Positions 1-12,855 of a DNA stretch of 64,000 nucleotides are shown here, one piece after another. The stretch comes from Rhina ancylostomus. Its lineage: Eukaryota. The stretch's first letter is position 1, and the number at the start of each line of letters is the position of its first letter. The notes under the pieces were generated by a model, which was not told the DNA's origin, searched no databases, and was given only the letters and a program-made list of their open reading frames with translations. The position numbers and the translations under genes are program-made. Where the stretch lies: the NCBI GenBank assembly GCA_030265395.1, contig JARFYF010000002.1:41134302-41198301 (forward strand), written 5' to 3'.

Positions 1-203
1 TCTTTTGTCCACCTATCACTGCTCTGCTTTTCCCTCCTATACATTGGGCTTCCCCTTTTCCTATCTTCAGTCCTGAAGAAAGGGCCTGACCCAAAATGTT
101 GACTGCCTGCTTTTCTCCACAGATGCTTCCTGGCCTGCTGAGTTCCTCCAGCATCATTGTGTTTTTCATCTGGATTCCAGCTTCTACAGTCCTTTGTTTT
201 TCA
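1..203 (+). mobile_element. Penelope-like terminal-repeat fragment with degenerate hammerhead motif (68-105)
   Basis: CAGTC-CTGAAGA-AAGGGCCTGACCC-AAAATGTT-GACTG is followed by the block CAGATGCTTCCTGGCCTGCTGAGTTCCTCCAGCA, which recurs many times in the window. Confidence 0.6.
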
Positions 204-342
204 GTGAAGAATATACCTTCAGTGATATTAGAAGAATTGTAAGAGTGTTCCTTGAGACCCAAATGTTGACTGAGCGTCTTCTTGCAACAGCTGGGCATGC
301 TTACTTTTCTACAAGGCAGTAAGTAAAGCAAATACTGCAGGT

Positions 343-532
343 CCATAAGACCATAAGAACATAAGATAATAAAAGCAGGTTTAGATCATTCAGCCCATTA
401 ATCTGTTCTGCCATTCAATCATAGCTGATTTTTTTCAACCCCATTCTCCTCCCTTCTTCCTGTAACCCTTAACCCCCATACCAATCAATAACCTATCAAT
501 CTGTGCCTTAAGTACACCCAATGACTTGACCA
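343..532 (-). mobile_element. CR1 LINE 3' end fragment
   Basis: (CATAAGA)n-type tail; resembles the 3' ends of the CR1 copies at 14420-14640 and 61007-62925. Confidence 0.65.
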
Positions 533-619
533 CACCAGTGAGATACCTGAGCAAAGGTGCCAATGGTGAATGCATCTATGGAGGCCACCACAAGGTGGAA
601 AGAAGATGTTCAGGACATT

Positions 620-1388
620 AATACCTCCGGCACGATTATACTCAACACTGGTGCCCCACAAGGCTGCGTCCTCAGCCTTCTATTCTACTCCCTATACCCT
701 CACGACTGTGTGGCCAGATTCTGCTCTAAGTCCATCTACAAGTTTGCAGATGATACCATTGTTGTAGGCCGTATCTTAAACAGCAATGAGTTGGAGTACA
801 GGAGGGAGATAGAGAGCTTAGTTGAATGGTGTCATGACAACAACGTTTCCCTCAATGTCAACAAGACTAAAGAGCTGGTCATTGGCTTCGGGAAAGGGGG
901 GCAGTGTACATGCACCTGTCTACATCAATGGTGCTGAGGTCAAGAGGGCTGACAGCTTCAAGTTCCTGGAAGTGAACATCACCAACAACCTGTCCTGGAC
1001 AAATCACGTAGATGCCATGGCCAAGAAAGCTCACCAGCTCCTCTACTTTCTCAGGAGGCTAAAGAAATTTGGTTTGTCCCCTTTGACTCTCACCAACTTT
1101 TACAGATGCACCATAGAAAACGTCCTATCTGAATGCATCACAACTTGGTACGGCAACTGCTCTTCCCAAGACCACAAGAAGCTGCAGAGAGTTGTGNNNN
1201 NNNNNNNNNNNNNNNNNNNNNNNNNNNNNNNNNNNNNNNNNNNNNNNNNNNNNNNNNNNNNNNNNNNNNNNNNNNNNNNNNNNNNNNNNNNNNNNNTATG
1301 ATTGGTTTGTAAGACAAGCTTTTCACTGTACCTTGGTACAAGTGACAATAATAAACCAATACCAATACCAATACCAGTGCCAATGCCC
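620..1388 (+). mobile_element. Rex1/Babar-type LINE, 5'-truncated reverse transcriptase remnant plus 3' tail (spans a gap)
   Basis: Frameshifted ORFs read NTGAPQGCVLS..LY.HDC..KFADDT and KAHQLLYFLRRLKK..FYRCTIE..CITTWYGNC; tail ends in (CCAATA)n. Confidence 0.85.
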
Positions 1389-4164
1389 AGAGAGTCAGAA
1401 ATAAGGATTGGGCTGAGATATCCTGGAGTGGCAAACATTTCATGATGATCATTCTAGAGGAGGCAGTGATCTGAATGACAGAATTATTCACTGTTTTCAA
1501 TAGCAACTAGTTTGTAATTTGTTTCAATACAAGATAGCAGTTCACCAGAACGTTTAAACAATGGCTGTGTCCTTGCAGGAATCCACTGGGAAAATGGAAG
1601 CTGGAAAGTTGGATATAGGGTGCTGCAACTTCTGCTTCAATCCATCCAGGCAATGCTGCTGTGTTGGGAGAGACCATGCAGGTCTTGGGAAAGGGTTTCT
1701 TGCTCCTCCTGTTCACAGAGTTGCTAAGTGACCCAAACCAGGCTCAAACTGAGCTGGCTGCTTTGAGGGAAGATCATGTTGCCATGTGGAGGCAATTTAA
1801 AGGTTCTGAAAATCCTTTGCTGGATGTTACTTCAGGCCCGGATATACTGATGTCAGCTCAGTGCTCTATGCAATAGGTGACAAGAAAGGCTGAGAATGTG
1901 ATGGTTGGGTAGAGTGCAGTGGAAACCACAAGAGAATGAAGGTCAGTGGTGATGACCTTCTAGTTTTGAAAGGGTGAGCAGAGGAAAGGAAATATCCAAT
2001 ATTCACATCAAGCCAGAGTGATGCAGTGTGAAACAGTGCATACATGAAGATGAGAGGATGGAAAATATTGAGGAAAAAATAAGTTTGAAACTGTTGTTAT
2101 TGGGTTTCTGAAATCTGGGAATATTTTGGAAACAATGTAAAACTAACATTTCAATAGCAGTAAATGGAATAATTGATCTATGTTACGTTTTGAGAGTTAC
2201 AACTGATGTTGAGAAATGGATGTGATGTTTCTATGTTACGTACAGTTAAAACATTTCTTTAGTACTCAATCTGAGATTGGTCAAATGAAAACACTATTAA
2301 GAAATCATTAATCTGGTTTATCAGTATCGGAGGGACATACCACTGAGATATTAAGTCTAGCTTACGTTGTAGTGAGGTAGTTAAGATAATTACAAAAAGA
2401 GTAGACTTACATTCAGCTAAATTTATATTTGTGTATGAAGGTCTTTTGTACATAATTTGTTGCTTATAATGTTTACTATATGTAAGTAGTTCATTGATGA
2501 AGTAATCTATGTACATAGTTATTATTGTTATTGTTACTTTTTCAGGGGGAAAAGCAGTGTAGTATATTGGGTGGCTGTATGGAGCTGCTGATCAACCACT
2601 GCTGCTAGCTGGGTTTCACTAGCCTTCAATAATGTTTGTTTGACTAGAATCTCTATTGTGTTACTGGCCTTACTAAACAGCAATACAAAGAGGATTCAAA
2701 GTTTGATGTAGCATAAAAGCCAGCAAAACGCTGTAAAGCATCTGACATAGCAAAGATTGAAATTGAACAGTGTTTAAAAGTTCATTCATGGACTGTGTTG
2801 CTGGTTCTTCTGAAAAGATGGAACCAGATATTTTACTTTGAACCACTGTCAAAGGTTTTTATACAATTGAAGGGCTTGCGAGGTGACTTCAGAGGTAACC
2901 CCCTTAATGTAGAACTGGAATCACATATAGTCCAGCATGAGTAAACACCGGAAATCTTTTACCACCAAAACAACAGTAAATCAATTCTTCTTATTTCTCT
3001 GACACTATAGTTACTTTTACACCTGCCAGCTCTTTACTTCCATAATTTAATTTACACTGAATTAGAATTCTCAAACAGCAACATTTGAATACATGCTGAA
3101 TGGACTTCATGCCAAGACTGAAATTAAAATGATGAAAGATCTTCAAAATTATTTCTCTCTCCAGAGATACTGTCTGAACTGCTGACCTGCCTTTATTTCT
3201 GGATTAGTACTTCAAAATTAGGTCAGAACCAATTTCAACCAAGTTCTGCCAGTCCCTAGGAGTTTGTGTTTGACTTGATAAAGATTAGAATCCCTGCCTC
3301 TACCCAGTGACCTAGAAGGGAACAAGGTACACTCTCTGGCAAGGATTTCAGGGTTCCCAGCCTGCTGGAAGGTTTCATGTCAGCTGACTGAACTGGGAAA
3401 TTGGGGTCCATGACTAGAAGTTTTACATTTTAACACTGTTCATCTACAGAAGAAAACAATGGGTAATCTGGCAACACCAACAGAACAGGCACAAAGCCTG
3501 ACTTTACGGTTTCCCAGTGCAGCTCAATGACTAGAGTTAGACTGCTGCCAGGAGTTAGATAGCAGAAAGCAGGCAGGGCCAATATGACTTTGCATTACTG
3601 GGGTGCAGCAGCTTGAAATAAGCTTTCAGACAACTTACCAACACCCCAAGTGAATAAGGGTGGCCTTAAACCTAGTTGTCACCTCTGATTTTTTGCTGGC
3701 AGCTAGCAGTTCAACTCCTGTCATAAGGTTTTCACTAAGAAGGTACATGAAAAGTCAAAGAGAAAGAAAACATTTTGCAAATGTTGGGAAGGAGAGAGGT
3801 GCTGTGCTAAAAGTGTTAGAAGGTAGTAGGTGCAGACATATTTCAATAATGAAAGTCCACTGAGAGTGGATTGCTATAATTATTGAGGCAGTGGTTCAAG
3901 AAAACAAAAAGATAAAAGATGTTTGTTAGAGAGAAGAAAGGATCTGTGCTGAGATATAGTTGACTGATTTTACAGGGTTAGGAGGAAGCACGAATTGGTG
4001 AGACAAGATATTTCTCTGGTGAGCATATTCTTAATATCACTGGCAGCTGCTCAGGGCATATGTGGGCTGCTCTCCTCAGCTTTTTCTAGCACCTGATTGG
4101 CATCCTTCCTCTCTCTCCTTTGCCCTCCCACTGTTTCTCCTCCAGATGGCTTTCTTCCTCCGAG

Positions 4165-4590
4165 GTGTCGTTAAGTGCAATGAAAATTTCCGGAGATTTT
4201 GGCCAAGTTTCACTGCAGAAATACCCAAGCCTGTGCATTCACCAGAAATACCATTTAAGAATGGTTTCTCAGTAATTGTCCTGATGGACAATTGAACTGG
4301 TTTTGTCTTCCGACTGTTGAGGTGCTTAGGTGGCACTGGGATATCAGCAGCAATAGTAGAAATGAGTAACTTGGATAACTGAGCAGCCAGCCCTATGATT
4401 AGGTAATCTACAAATGGTGGTAGAACAGAGGAATTGGTGCTGAACTCAGACATCATGTTTCTGCCCAGGTATTTGGCTGTCACTTCCATGGTGGAGTCAC
4501 ATTGATTGATTGGAGACACGTTTAGATTGATTGAGAAAAGCCACATGTGATCCATGTCAGTGGACACTTTTACAAGTAGGAGACCCAAAG
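4165..4590 (-). mobile_element. Decayed PIF/Harbinger (HARBI1-like) DDE transposase remnant
   Basis: Manual multi-frame translation gives, in order, TD-GSHVA, MEVTAKYLG.(N)HD, SSVLPPF, GWLLSYPSY, SIRTITEK, LKWYFW*MHRLG and LQ*NLAKIS. These are colinear with the HARBI1-family motifs IDCTHV, ARYPGS.HD, GWLLGDKGY, TR.IIE, LK.RFRCLDRSG and LQYSP..VS. Confidence 0.65.
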
Positions 4591-4764
4591 TGGCAAGTGA
4601 GTGACATCTATTGTTCCATACACTTTAAAAGGCCAGCGCATGGGCTAGTGCTCCATTACAAATTTCACATTGTCCTAATCAGATAGAATTGATATGGTAA
4701 ATGCTGAGTAATGTGTGGCAATAAATGGGAGGCAATATTTATTGGAGGAAAACAAAACATAGGA

Positions 4765-4930
4765 GCATGAAAAATACGATTATGCTGGAGGAATTCAGCA
4801 GGCCAGGCAGCATCTGTGGAGAGAAGCAGGTGGTCAACGTTTTGGGTCAGGACCCTTCTTCAGGACTGAAGACACAAAAAGGGGAAGCCCAATATATAGG
4901 AGAAAAAAGCAGAGTAGTGATAGGTGAACA
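4765..4930 (-). mobile_element. Penelope-like terminal-repeat fragment with degenerate hammerhead motif (4832-4868)
   Basis: Reverse complement reads CAGTC-CTGAAGA-AGGGTCCTGACCC-AAAACGTT-GACC; homologous to 1-203. Confidence 0.6.
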
Positions 4931-5216
4931 GCATGCATTAGATGGAAAAGGTGCAACCCTAGAATTGTTTTATCTGTTTTTGATGCTCTAAGCTGTTGTT
5001 GTATTTAATGCTAACACCAATTTAGTTCCCCACAAAAGCCATGTAATTGGTTAAACTTAGAAAGATACATTTAACAGGGACCAACATGGTTCGCAACAAG
5101 AGCAGGCTTAATTGATGGCAGCTTCTGGCATTTTGCTTTGCACCATTCAGAGAAGGGGATCAGCCTTTATAGGCACAATCCCCATGAAGGCCAGAAACCA
5201 ATAACATACACTACTG

Positions 5217-5453
5217 TTGCAACGGAAAGAGGGAGTTTGCATAAGAGAAAGGAAGGCCTCTAGATTTAGGGCTAAGGAGCTGGATATTCTCACCAGTGAG
5301 ATAAATGGCCGGAGGGAGAACCTGTGTACTAGGAAACTCACAAGAACCACCATAAGGATTGCCAGGCAGCAGGTGGCTACAGTTGCTTCCTCCAGTTGTG
5401 ATCATCCCCACTCAAATGGCAAACGCATAAATAAATTCCATATCCTCCCATAA
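5217..5453 (+). mobile_element. Harbinger ORF2-type Myb/SANT-like DNA-binding domain remnant
   Basis: RKASRFRAKELDILTSEINGRRENL...RIARQQVATVASS...INKF resembles the NAIF1/Myb_DNA-bind_5 pattern R..RF...EL..L..E...R...L...AW..VA..V.....KKF; the conserved Trp is lost. Confidence 0.6.
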
Positions 5454-5859
5454 AATGTCAGAGTTAATTGTAGACTACAGACGAATGTTGTCGTAAGCTT
5501 CTTCAGCAATTGGATCAGGAATTAATTTATTGATATCTAATAATCAGTGCAGTTTGTACAATCTACTCTGGGTAAAAAAACAATTACTGTATGATTACCA
5601 TGTAAATCAATAGGCAATAATGGATCCAATTTCTATGCTTCTGCTGGATATGGATGAACAGAGATAACTGTTGGAATTCAAAAATTCCAGTTTCCTGTAG
5701 TCAAGTGCAGTGGAAACCATAATTTATGACAGTATAATTTTAGATCTCATGAGTTAAGGATGTGCAGTGCAAGAATAAATAAGTAATGATAACTAAAATA
5801 TCAATGGTTAAGCTACAGTAAGGGTATTGTTTTATTTCTTGGTAGCTTCATTAAAGTAA

Positions 5860-6290
5860 AGCGAGCCACAGAGAATGTTCAAAGCAGATTTACCAGTATT
5901 ATGGCAAGTCTGGAAAGCTAACGTTATTAAGACTACCCTCCTGGAACAGAATAAAAGGAGATCAAATAGAGGTTATTTGCATTATGAGTAACTTTGAACA
6001 ATGTAAAGGTATTACATCTGTTTAGGAAGTAATAAGGGATCATAAAATTGAATTTATTAATGAAAATTTGAGGAGGAATGTTTAGAATTCTTCCAAACAG
6101 ATGAGTATTGGAGCATGAGAAGCTTTACCTCAGAATGATCTTGGTAAAGGCATTACATTTTTAAAGAGAAAATTGAATAAATATTTCAACTAAAGAAAGA
6201 CACACAGCCCCAGGGAAATGACAGGCTGTGGAAATAGTTCTGAAGCAGTCAAGCTGGTACAATGAATAAAGGGCTGAAGAACCCAATTCT
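5860..6290 (+). mobile_element. Old CR1 LINE 3' fragment
   Basis: Degenerate similarity to the CR1 ORF2 C-terminal region (..QSRFT.., RGDQIEV.., RGHK..). Confidence 0.5.
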
Positions 6291-6559
6291 GCTATGTAAC
6301 TGGCTGCACTTCTTTGGTCAAAGGAAGGGAGACAGGCAGAAAAGGGAATGAAAGAGACTGAGCTAGAAGATGAGATAAAGGATGTAAGAATGAGTTGAGG
6401 GAAGAAAAGTAAAAGTGAGAGAAGTCATGAGAGATTGGAATGACCATGAGAAAGGAAATGATGGAAGGTGGGAATAAGAACATGATTAAATAAAACACAG
6501 GAAATAAGATGTTTGATTAATTTTTTAAAATGAAGAAAAATGTATGAGGGACAGTGGTT

Positions 6560-7860
6560 TTCTTCTTAGGCAGTCCCCTAACGTCAAGAATGATTGACTT
6601 CCTCCTTGCTTTCAGAGGTGCTTTTCAGAAGTGACAGATGTGACCAGTTTGGGAACTGTGGACACTTCCACAGATGGGGCAGAAGGTGTCTGATGATGTG
6701 GATGGATGGGTAGTTTGTGAAGTGGTGCACTCTTTCCAATATTTAAGTAGGGCTTCTGTGTGCTCATGATGCTTAACCTTGAGATTGGTATTGGTTTATT
6801 ATTGTCACTTATACAGTGAAAAACTTGTCTTGCAGACCAATCGTACAGGTCAATTCATTACACAGTGCAATCACATTGACTTAGTACAGAGTGCATTGAT
6901 GTAGTACAGGTAACGACAATAACAGTACAGAGTAAAGTGTCACAGCTACAGAGAAAGTGCAGTGCAATAAGGTGCAAAGTCACAACAAGGTANNNNNNNN
7001 NNNNNNNNNNNNNNNNNNNNNNNNNNNNNNNNNNNNNNNNNNNNNNNNNNNNNNNNNNNNNNNNNNNNNNNNNNNNNNNNNNNNNNNNNNNNNNNNNNNN
7101 NNNNNNNNNNNNNNNNNNNNNNNNNNNNNNNNNNNNNNNNNNNNNNNNNNNNNNNNNNNNNNNNNNNNNNNNNNNNNNNNNNNNNNNNNNNNNNNNNNNN
7201 NNNNNNNNNNNNNNNNNNNNNNNNNNNNNNNNNNNNNNNNNNNNNNNNNNNNNNNNNNNNNNNNNNNNNNNNNNNNNNNNNNNNNNNNNNNNNNNNNNNN
7301 NNNGCAGTTTCTTGCAGTCCTGGGCAGAGCAGTTGCCATACCAAGCCATGAGGCATCCAGATAGGATGCTTTCTATGGTGTATCGATAAAATTTGGTGAG
7401 TGTCAAAGGGAACATACTGAATTCTTAATACCATCCCAAATGTTCCTTGTCTACTTTGAGTGGTCATGGCCCAGCAGTCAGTGGAAATGCTGTGTTTCTT
7501 TAATCTTTTCCTTTGTCCACCTAGTAACCTCTTCCTGTGACAGTGCTCTGTTCCAAGTGTTTGTGTTAAGAGTCTTGGGTTGGCCATATGAATGAAGCAG
7601 CCTGCCTAATGGAGCTGACTAAGTATAATTAGGACATCAGTGCTGGGGACATTGGCCTGGGGGAGGGCACCTGATGCATTAGTTCCTTTATCCTTCCAGT
7701 GAATATGGAGAGTTGTGGAGATAGCATTAGTGGTATCTTTCCAGATCCATGAGGTGCTTGTTGTAAAAGTAGTCCAGGTCTTAAAAGCATTTGGTTGGGC
7801 AGGTACCACTGCTGCCTAGTAGAGTATATTCTTGAACCAGTTCAAAGGTCTTGAGCTTCA
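6560..7860 (-). mobile_element. RTE-clade LINE 3' remnant, interrupted by a Rex1/Babar insertion
   Basis: ORF 7606-7809 reads TWTT..LHIHWKDKGTNAS..QANVPS...LSQL, like the RTE pattern IL.I.W.D..TN..VL..A..PSI; its 3' end TCTTCTTAGGCAGTCCC is shared with the copy at 31990. Confidence 0.6.
6785..7415 (-). mobile_element. Rex1/Babar-type LINE 3' end (spans a gap)
   Basis: LTKFYRYTIESILSGCLMAWYGNCSAQD; its tail ATTGGTATTGGTTTATTATTGTCACTT matches 1297-1388. Confidence 0.8.
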
Positions 7861-10800
7861 AACAGCCTTTTGTTAATAGAGGAAAAGGGGTATGCTAATG
7901 CATAGAAGGTGAGCTTCATGAGGATCAGATTATGAAAATGAAAGGATGAGCAAGTCCAAGCAGGAAAAACTGGAAACTAGACAGAAACAAGAAAAGAGAA
8001 AACTGGGAAATAAATAAATAAGGTACGGGTAAATGGGATAGAATACTGAAATAAGGATTAAAAATAAGGAAATAGCAGTGAAGGAGAGAAAAGCATCTTA
8101 GAGAGAGATCGAGTAAAAGGCAGATTTTAAGTAATGTATCAGATGTCATATTGCTGGACAAGATGTCTTACCCAGCATAGTTATGTGTTGATATTGATAT
8201 GAATATTAGTACTGTGCAGTTAACATTGTAGATCTTTATCAGTATCCCGTTTCTACTCCTGCATCTTTAAAGGGTTGGTCACCCTCATCCTGAGCAGTTT
8301 CCTGTCTGGCTTCCTCAGATGCCACAGAACTTCATACCACTAACCACCTCAACAAAATACACACAAAAGACATAATTACAATAATTAGTACATCATTACA
8401 CTTTACAGAGATCAAACTAGAAATTGATCTGTGGTTGCTTGTATTTGTTTTTCTTTGCAGAAGTCATAGAAAGTGATCCTGTAAACATTGAAAAATTCCA
8501 GAAACTAACGTAGTTAAACTAAAACATGCTTTACTTGGTAACCATGAACAACTGGACTTAATTATGAACAGATGTTACCATAGAATATGATCCCCAACAT
8601 ACTGTTAAATATCCCAGAATTTAAGTAATAAAAATGGAATCTGAGATATTCATTCACTGTAAACCAATGGCCCTGATTATAATATAACAGCAAATCTGTT
8701 TGAAACTTATCTGTGGAGATTATGACTACATGACAGACATTTTGAAAGGGAGAAGCTCAAATTTGCCCTTTAAATTCCAGAGTTTTATGAAGCATAGGTT
8801 TCTCAGGACACTTTTATCACAAAATGAAGTTCTGTCAAACTGATTAGAGAAGTGGATAAAGGAATATTCACTTATTTTTTAAAAAGTCACTTATGCCGCC
8901 TGGAATTCCTTAGTTCTGAAATGTCACTGTTTGCCTTGTTTGGTTAAGTGTTTCTAATTTAAATTGGTCTAGATTTCAAACAAGTTGTTGGGTAGAAGGG
9001 AAGGCAGGAAAAGATTGGTGGGACACAAGAGGTTTTGTTTATATCAGTGGGTTTTGATGTTTCTGGTTTATCAACCTGGTACACTCAAACATTTACATAT
9101 CTTCCAGCTTTATATGGAACAGTAAAATAAATAATCATCATTAATAAAAATAATTTGCCAATCCTTAAAGCTTGCAGGAACTGTCAATTTGTTTCACAGT
9201 TCCATCATATCTTTTTAGATGGCTGCATTTTTTGTAGCTTACATTTCATCAGTCACAAAATGTTCAAAATTTTGAGAAATGTATTTTTTAATTTAGTGGC
9301 CGATGTGGGGAATGTACAAAAAATGAACTGTGTGGTTATGAGTGAGAGCCACCATCATGCAGATAGTTTTCAGTGTAGCTTTCAGATTATTAATGTAAAA
9401 TTAAATATTGGCAAGAAAATAACCAATCTTGCGAGTGTGGGCTGCACAATATACATGTGCTATAGGCACAAATTATGTTGACAGCATGATAAGCGGTTTA
9501 TTTTCTGTAACTCACCTTTACCCTTACACGTATTTGGTTTATATCACATGTCTTGGTGTCTTTGTTTTAAAACAATTTCAACAGCTTCCTTTATTTTAAT
9601 TTACTCTTACANNNNNNNNNNNNNNNNNNNNNNNNNNNNNNNNNNNNNNNNNNNNNNNNNNNNNNNNNNNNNNNNNNNNNNNNNNNNNNNNNNNNNNNNN
9701 NNNNNNNNNNNTTTTAATTTACTCTTACAGTGACATGCATGGCATGTTTTCCTTGAATGAATACTGAAGTCTATTGCAGGTCAGTGACACTGGGGGCTCA
9801 GTCCTTGATGAGGCTCACAGTCCACACGGAGAAAGTCCTTATAAGGAAAGATAGAATGGAGGATTGTCAACTGTGGAGGTAAAATTGAAATGCAAAAAAT
9901 AAGCAGCAATATTGAGAGACCACTTCAGGAGCAATGTAGAAAAATGTTTAGGAAAGGATGAATGTGAGGGTAAAAAGGCACAAGTATTCTGGAAATAATC
10001 TCTGCAACATAGCCCACAAGTAGTTCTTATAAACAGTCCTATGGTACAAGTTGAACACTAAGTCATTTATATATGTCAAAATTAGTTTCACTATTGTATA
10101 GGATTAGGATGGGAATTGTTTACCAGGAAAAGTTGGGGAAGGGATGACTCCAGATTAAAATTGTCAAAAAAGGGTCTGGAAATTTGTATAATGCAAAATG
10201 TTTATGTACAATGTAGATGAGTTTTATTGGAAATTGATTGGTTCTTGCACACTTCTGGAAATTCAGTCACAGGTTTCTGTGTATATGGCAATCTAATACA
10301 TGAAGGCTATGGCAGGTCTGTTTAATATCCAGCAGGCATGCAGTGAGCAAATGATTGCCCTCCTATTGTGAATAGACAGACATTGACGGCTGTAAGAATT
10401 GCTGCAGTACTCAAAGGGCTTGAACCTACCTGAGTCACTGGAGGGAGAATCCAACAATGAAGTTTGCTCCAGGGTGGCAATTTTGTTCTTTCAGGTACGT
10501 CCATAGTTTGAGGGCCCTGACCACAAGCAGCTCTGCTTCTTCCAATGACTCATGTCTTATTGAAATAGGTGGTTGTGTATCCAGTATATTAATCCATATA
10601 TATGTATTGAGCACAAATCAACCACAAAGTAACCCATCCAACCCACCAACCAGTGTAAATCTCCCTGTGGGTCCAGGATAGATGGGAGGATGCTGCAATC
10701 ACATTTATGAAGTGTTCACACAAATTTCTGGTGCAACATGACTCAGTAAACTAATGAGTTTTCTTCTTGCTTTACAATTCCAATATTTTCCATCATGATT

Positions 10801-10867
10801 GAACTTTGGAGATAATATCCATCTGTACAAACAGCCTGCTCCAAAATGCCTCTTAGCCCTTCATTGA

Positions 10868-11180
10868 TATTGGTATATTATTGTCACTTGTACCCAGGTA
10901 CAGTGAAAAACTTGTCTTGCATACCGATTGTACAGGTCAATTCATTACACAGTGCAGTTACATTGACTTAGTATAGAGTGCATTGAAGTAGTACAGGTAA
11001 AAACAATAACAGTACAGAGTAAAGTGTTACAGCTACAGAGAAAGTGCTGTGCAATAAGGTGCAAGGTCACAACAAGGTAGATTGTGAGGTCAGAGTCTAT
11101 CTCATCGTATAAGGGAACCATTCAATAGTCTTATCACAGTGGGGAAGAAACTGTCCTTAATCCTGGTGGTACGTGCCCTC
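10868..11180 (-). mobile_element. Rex1/Babar-type LINE 3' tail
   Basis: Near-identical to 6785-6992 and 38510-38912. Confidence 0.8.
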
Positions 11181-12609
11181 ATCTCTCCCAAACGTGTCAG
11201 CAGTTGACCAGTAATAGCAATGCCAATGATATCCAGCAGAACCCAGTTAAGGTTCTGAACAGAGGATTTGGGTAGTTATTAAATTTTTTGTACACGAAAT
11301 CTAAGTGAATTATCCTGAGCTGTGAAGAGCTCTCAGACTGTCACGTTTGGAGGAGTACTGATATTGCTGTGAAAGTCAACAGCAGATTGCTATAAGTAAA
11401 ACAGCCCTAAATCAAGAACCTCTAAACTTTTGAAAATCACCTTGAGATTTTCATAGTTCACTGGAGCTTTTGCATATCACATCTTTTGAAATTGAAGGAT
11501 CTGATGTGCACGTTGTCCTTCTGACATGAATTGCTACTATTGAGTTCTGTTCATACTTTATTCAAAATTGTTGTCCAGTCACTTTAATAGCTGGAGAAGC
11601 ATATATGTTCACATTCTGCTTTTAAATAACATTATTTGGGAACTAAAATATCATTGAATTTATGATGCAGAAGTCGGTCATTCAGCCCATTGGCTGAAAA
11701 TTAGCTATCCAGCTCTCAGTACACAGACTAACGTTTAATGGCATACCAAGTGTTCAAACAGGAATTCTTTAAATACAATAGATTTTTACCTTCATTATCT
11801 TTCCAGGATGTCAAATTCCCTCAACTCCTCTGTAATCTTTGTTAGCCTTGATGCTAAGGGAAATGGGTTCTTCCTCATAACCTTGTCAAGGCCTTTCCTA
11901 ATTTTATACATAATTTTAACTGTTCAAGACTCTGTCCCACATGATGATAACTTACTAGTTGCACAGCCCCTATTAACCTCAATCTACCGAATCCACGATT
12001 TTCATCAAGTCTGCTCATGATCGCACCTTTCTCTATCTCAGCTTCCTTCATCACGATGCCCTAACCTGCTAGAGTTCAGGAAAATGTAGAGAGGTTGGTG
12101 AAATGGATGGACAAGTCATACATGAAATTTGTTTACCAGTTGTCAAAGCTGTCTTTGGCATTCACAAATAAACAAACACTTAAAAACACTATTAAAAATT
12201 AAAACTACTTGTAAAAATATCTGAAAACTTTAAAAAAATATCAAAAGCACAAGAAAACCAAAACTTTTTAAAAACATTTAAATCAACTGAATTGAATTTT
12301 AAAAAGAGGGAATTAGCTTTACTTACATCAGATGCCTTTTCCATTAACATCAACAGATGAATCATGTTAGAAGTGCTGGTTCAGCAGGCAGATTTCCCAG
12401 CACAGATGTTGCTGTATTCCATGAAGTGTCCAACAGCAGAGTTGAATTGCCTCAGTAACAGTGATCAGCAGTGTGGAGGTCCAGGAATTATGACATGGCT
12501 TGGGAGTCTGGAACCTCCAAACTAAATGTGAGTAAAAGCCCAAGTTTCTGGTGAGATTTCTGGCAGGGCACTTCTGTATAATTGAATTAAGCACTTTGAG
12601 TTAATGCCC

Positions 12610-12855
12610 ATAAACCCTCCCATCCCATCCCATCCCCACTTCTCCTGCCACCCACCTACACAAGGGCAATTTACAACAGTCCATTAACCTTCTATCCAGC
12701 ATTCCTTAGGGATATGTGTGGAAACCTGGGAACATGGGGGAAAACACACACAGTTGCAGGGAGAATGTGCTCCACACAGACAGGACCCAAGATCACAAGT
12801 GAACCTGGGTCTGGAGTTGTGAGGTTACAGCTCTACCCAATGCAACACCATGCGC
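12610..12855 (-). mobile_element. V-SINE (HE1-like), degenerate
   Basis: Reverse complement contains a tRNA-like head and TGTGTGGAGCACATTCTCCCTGCAACTGTGTGTGTTTTCC, a V-domain-like core. Confidence 0.55.

Noticed and set aside
9150-9480. Minus-strand frame with HVYCAAH and SQNFEHF, faintly resembling a hAT transposase
   Set aside because: Multiple stops, and the motif spacing does not fit; too weak to call without a profile search.
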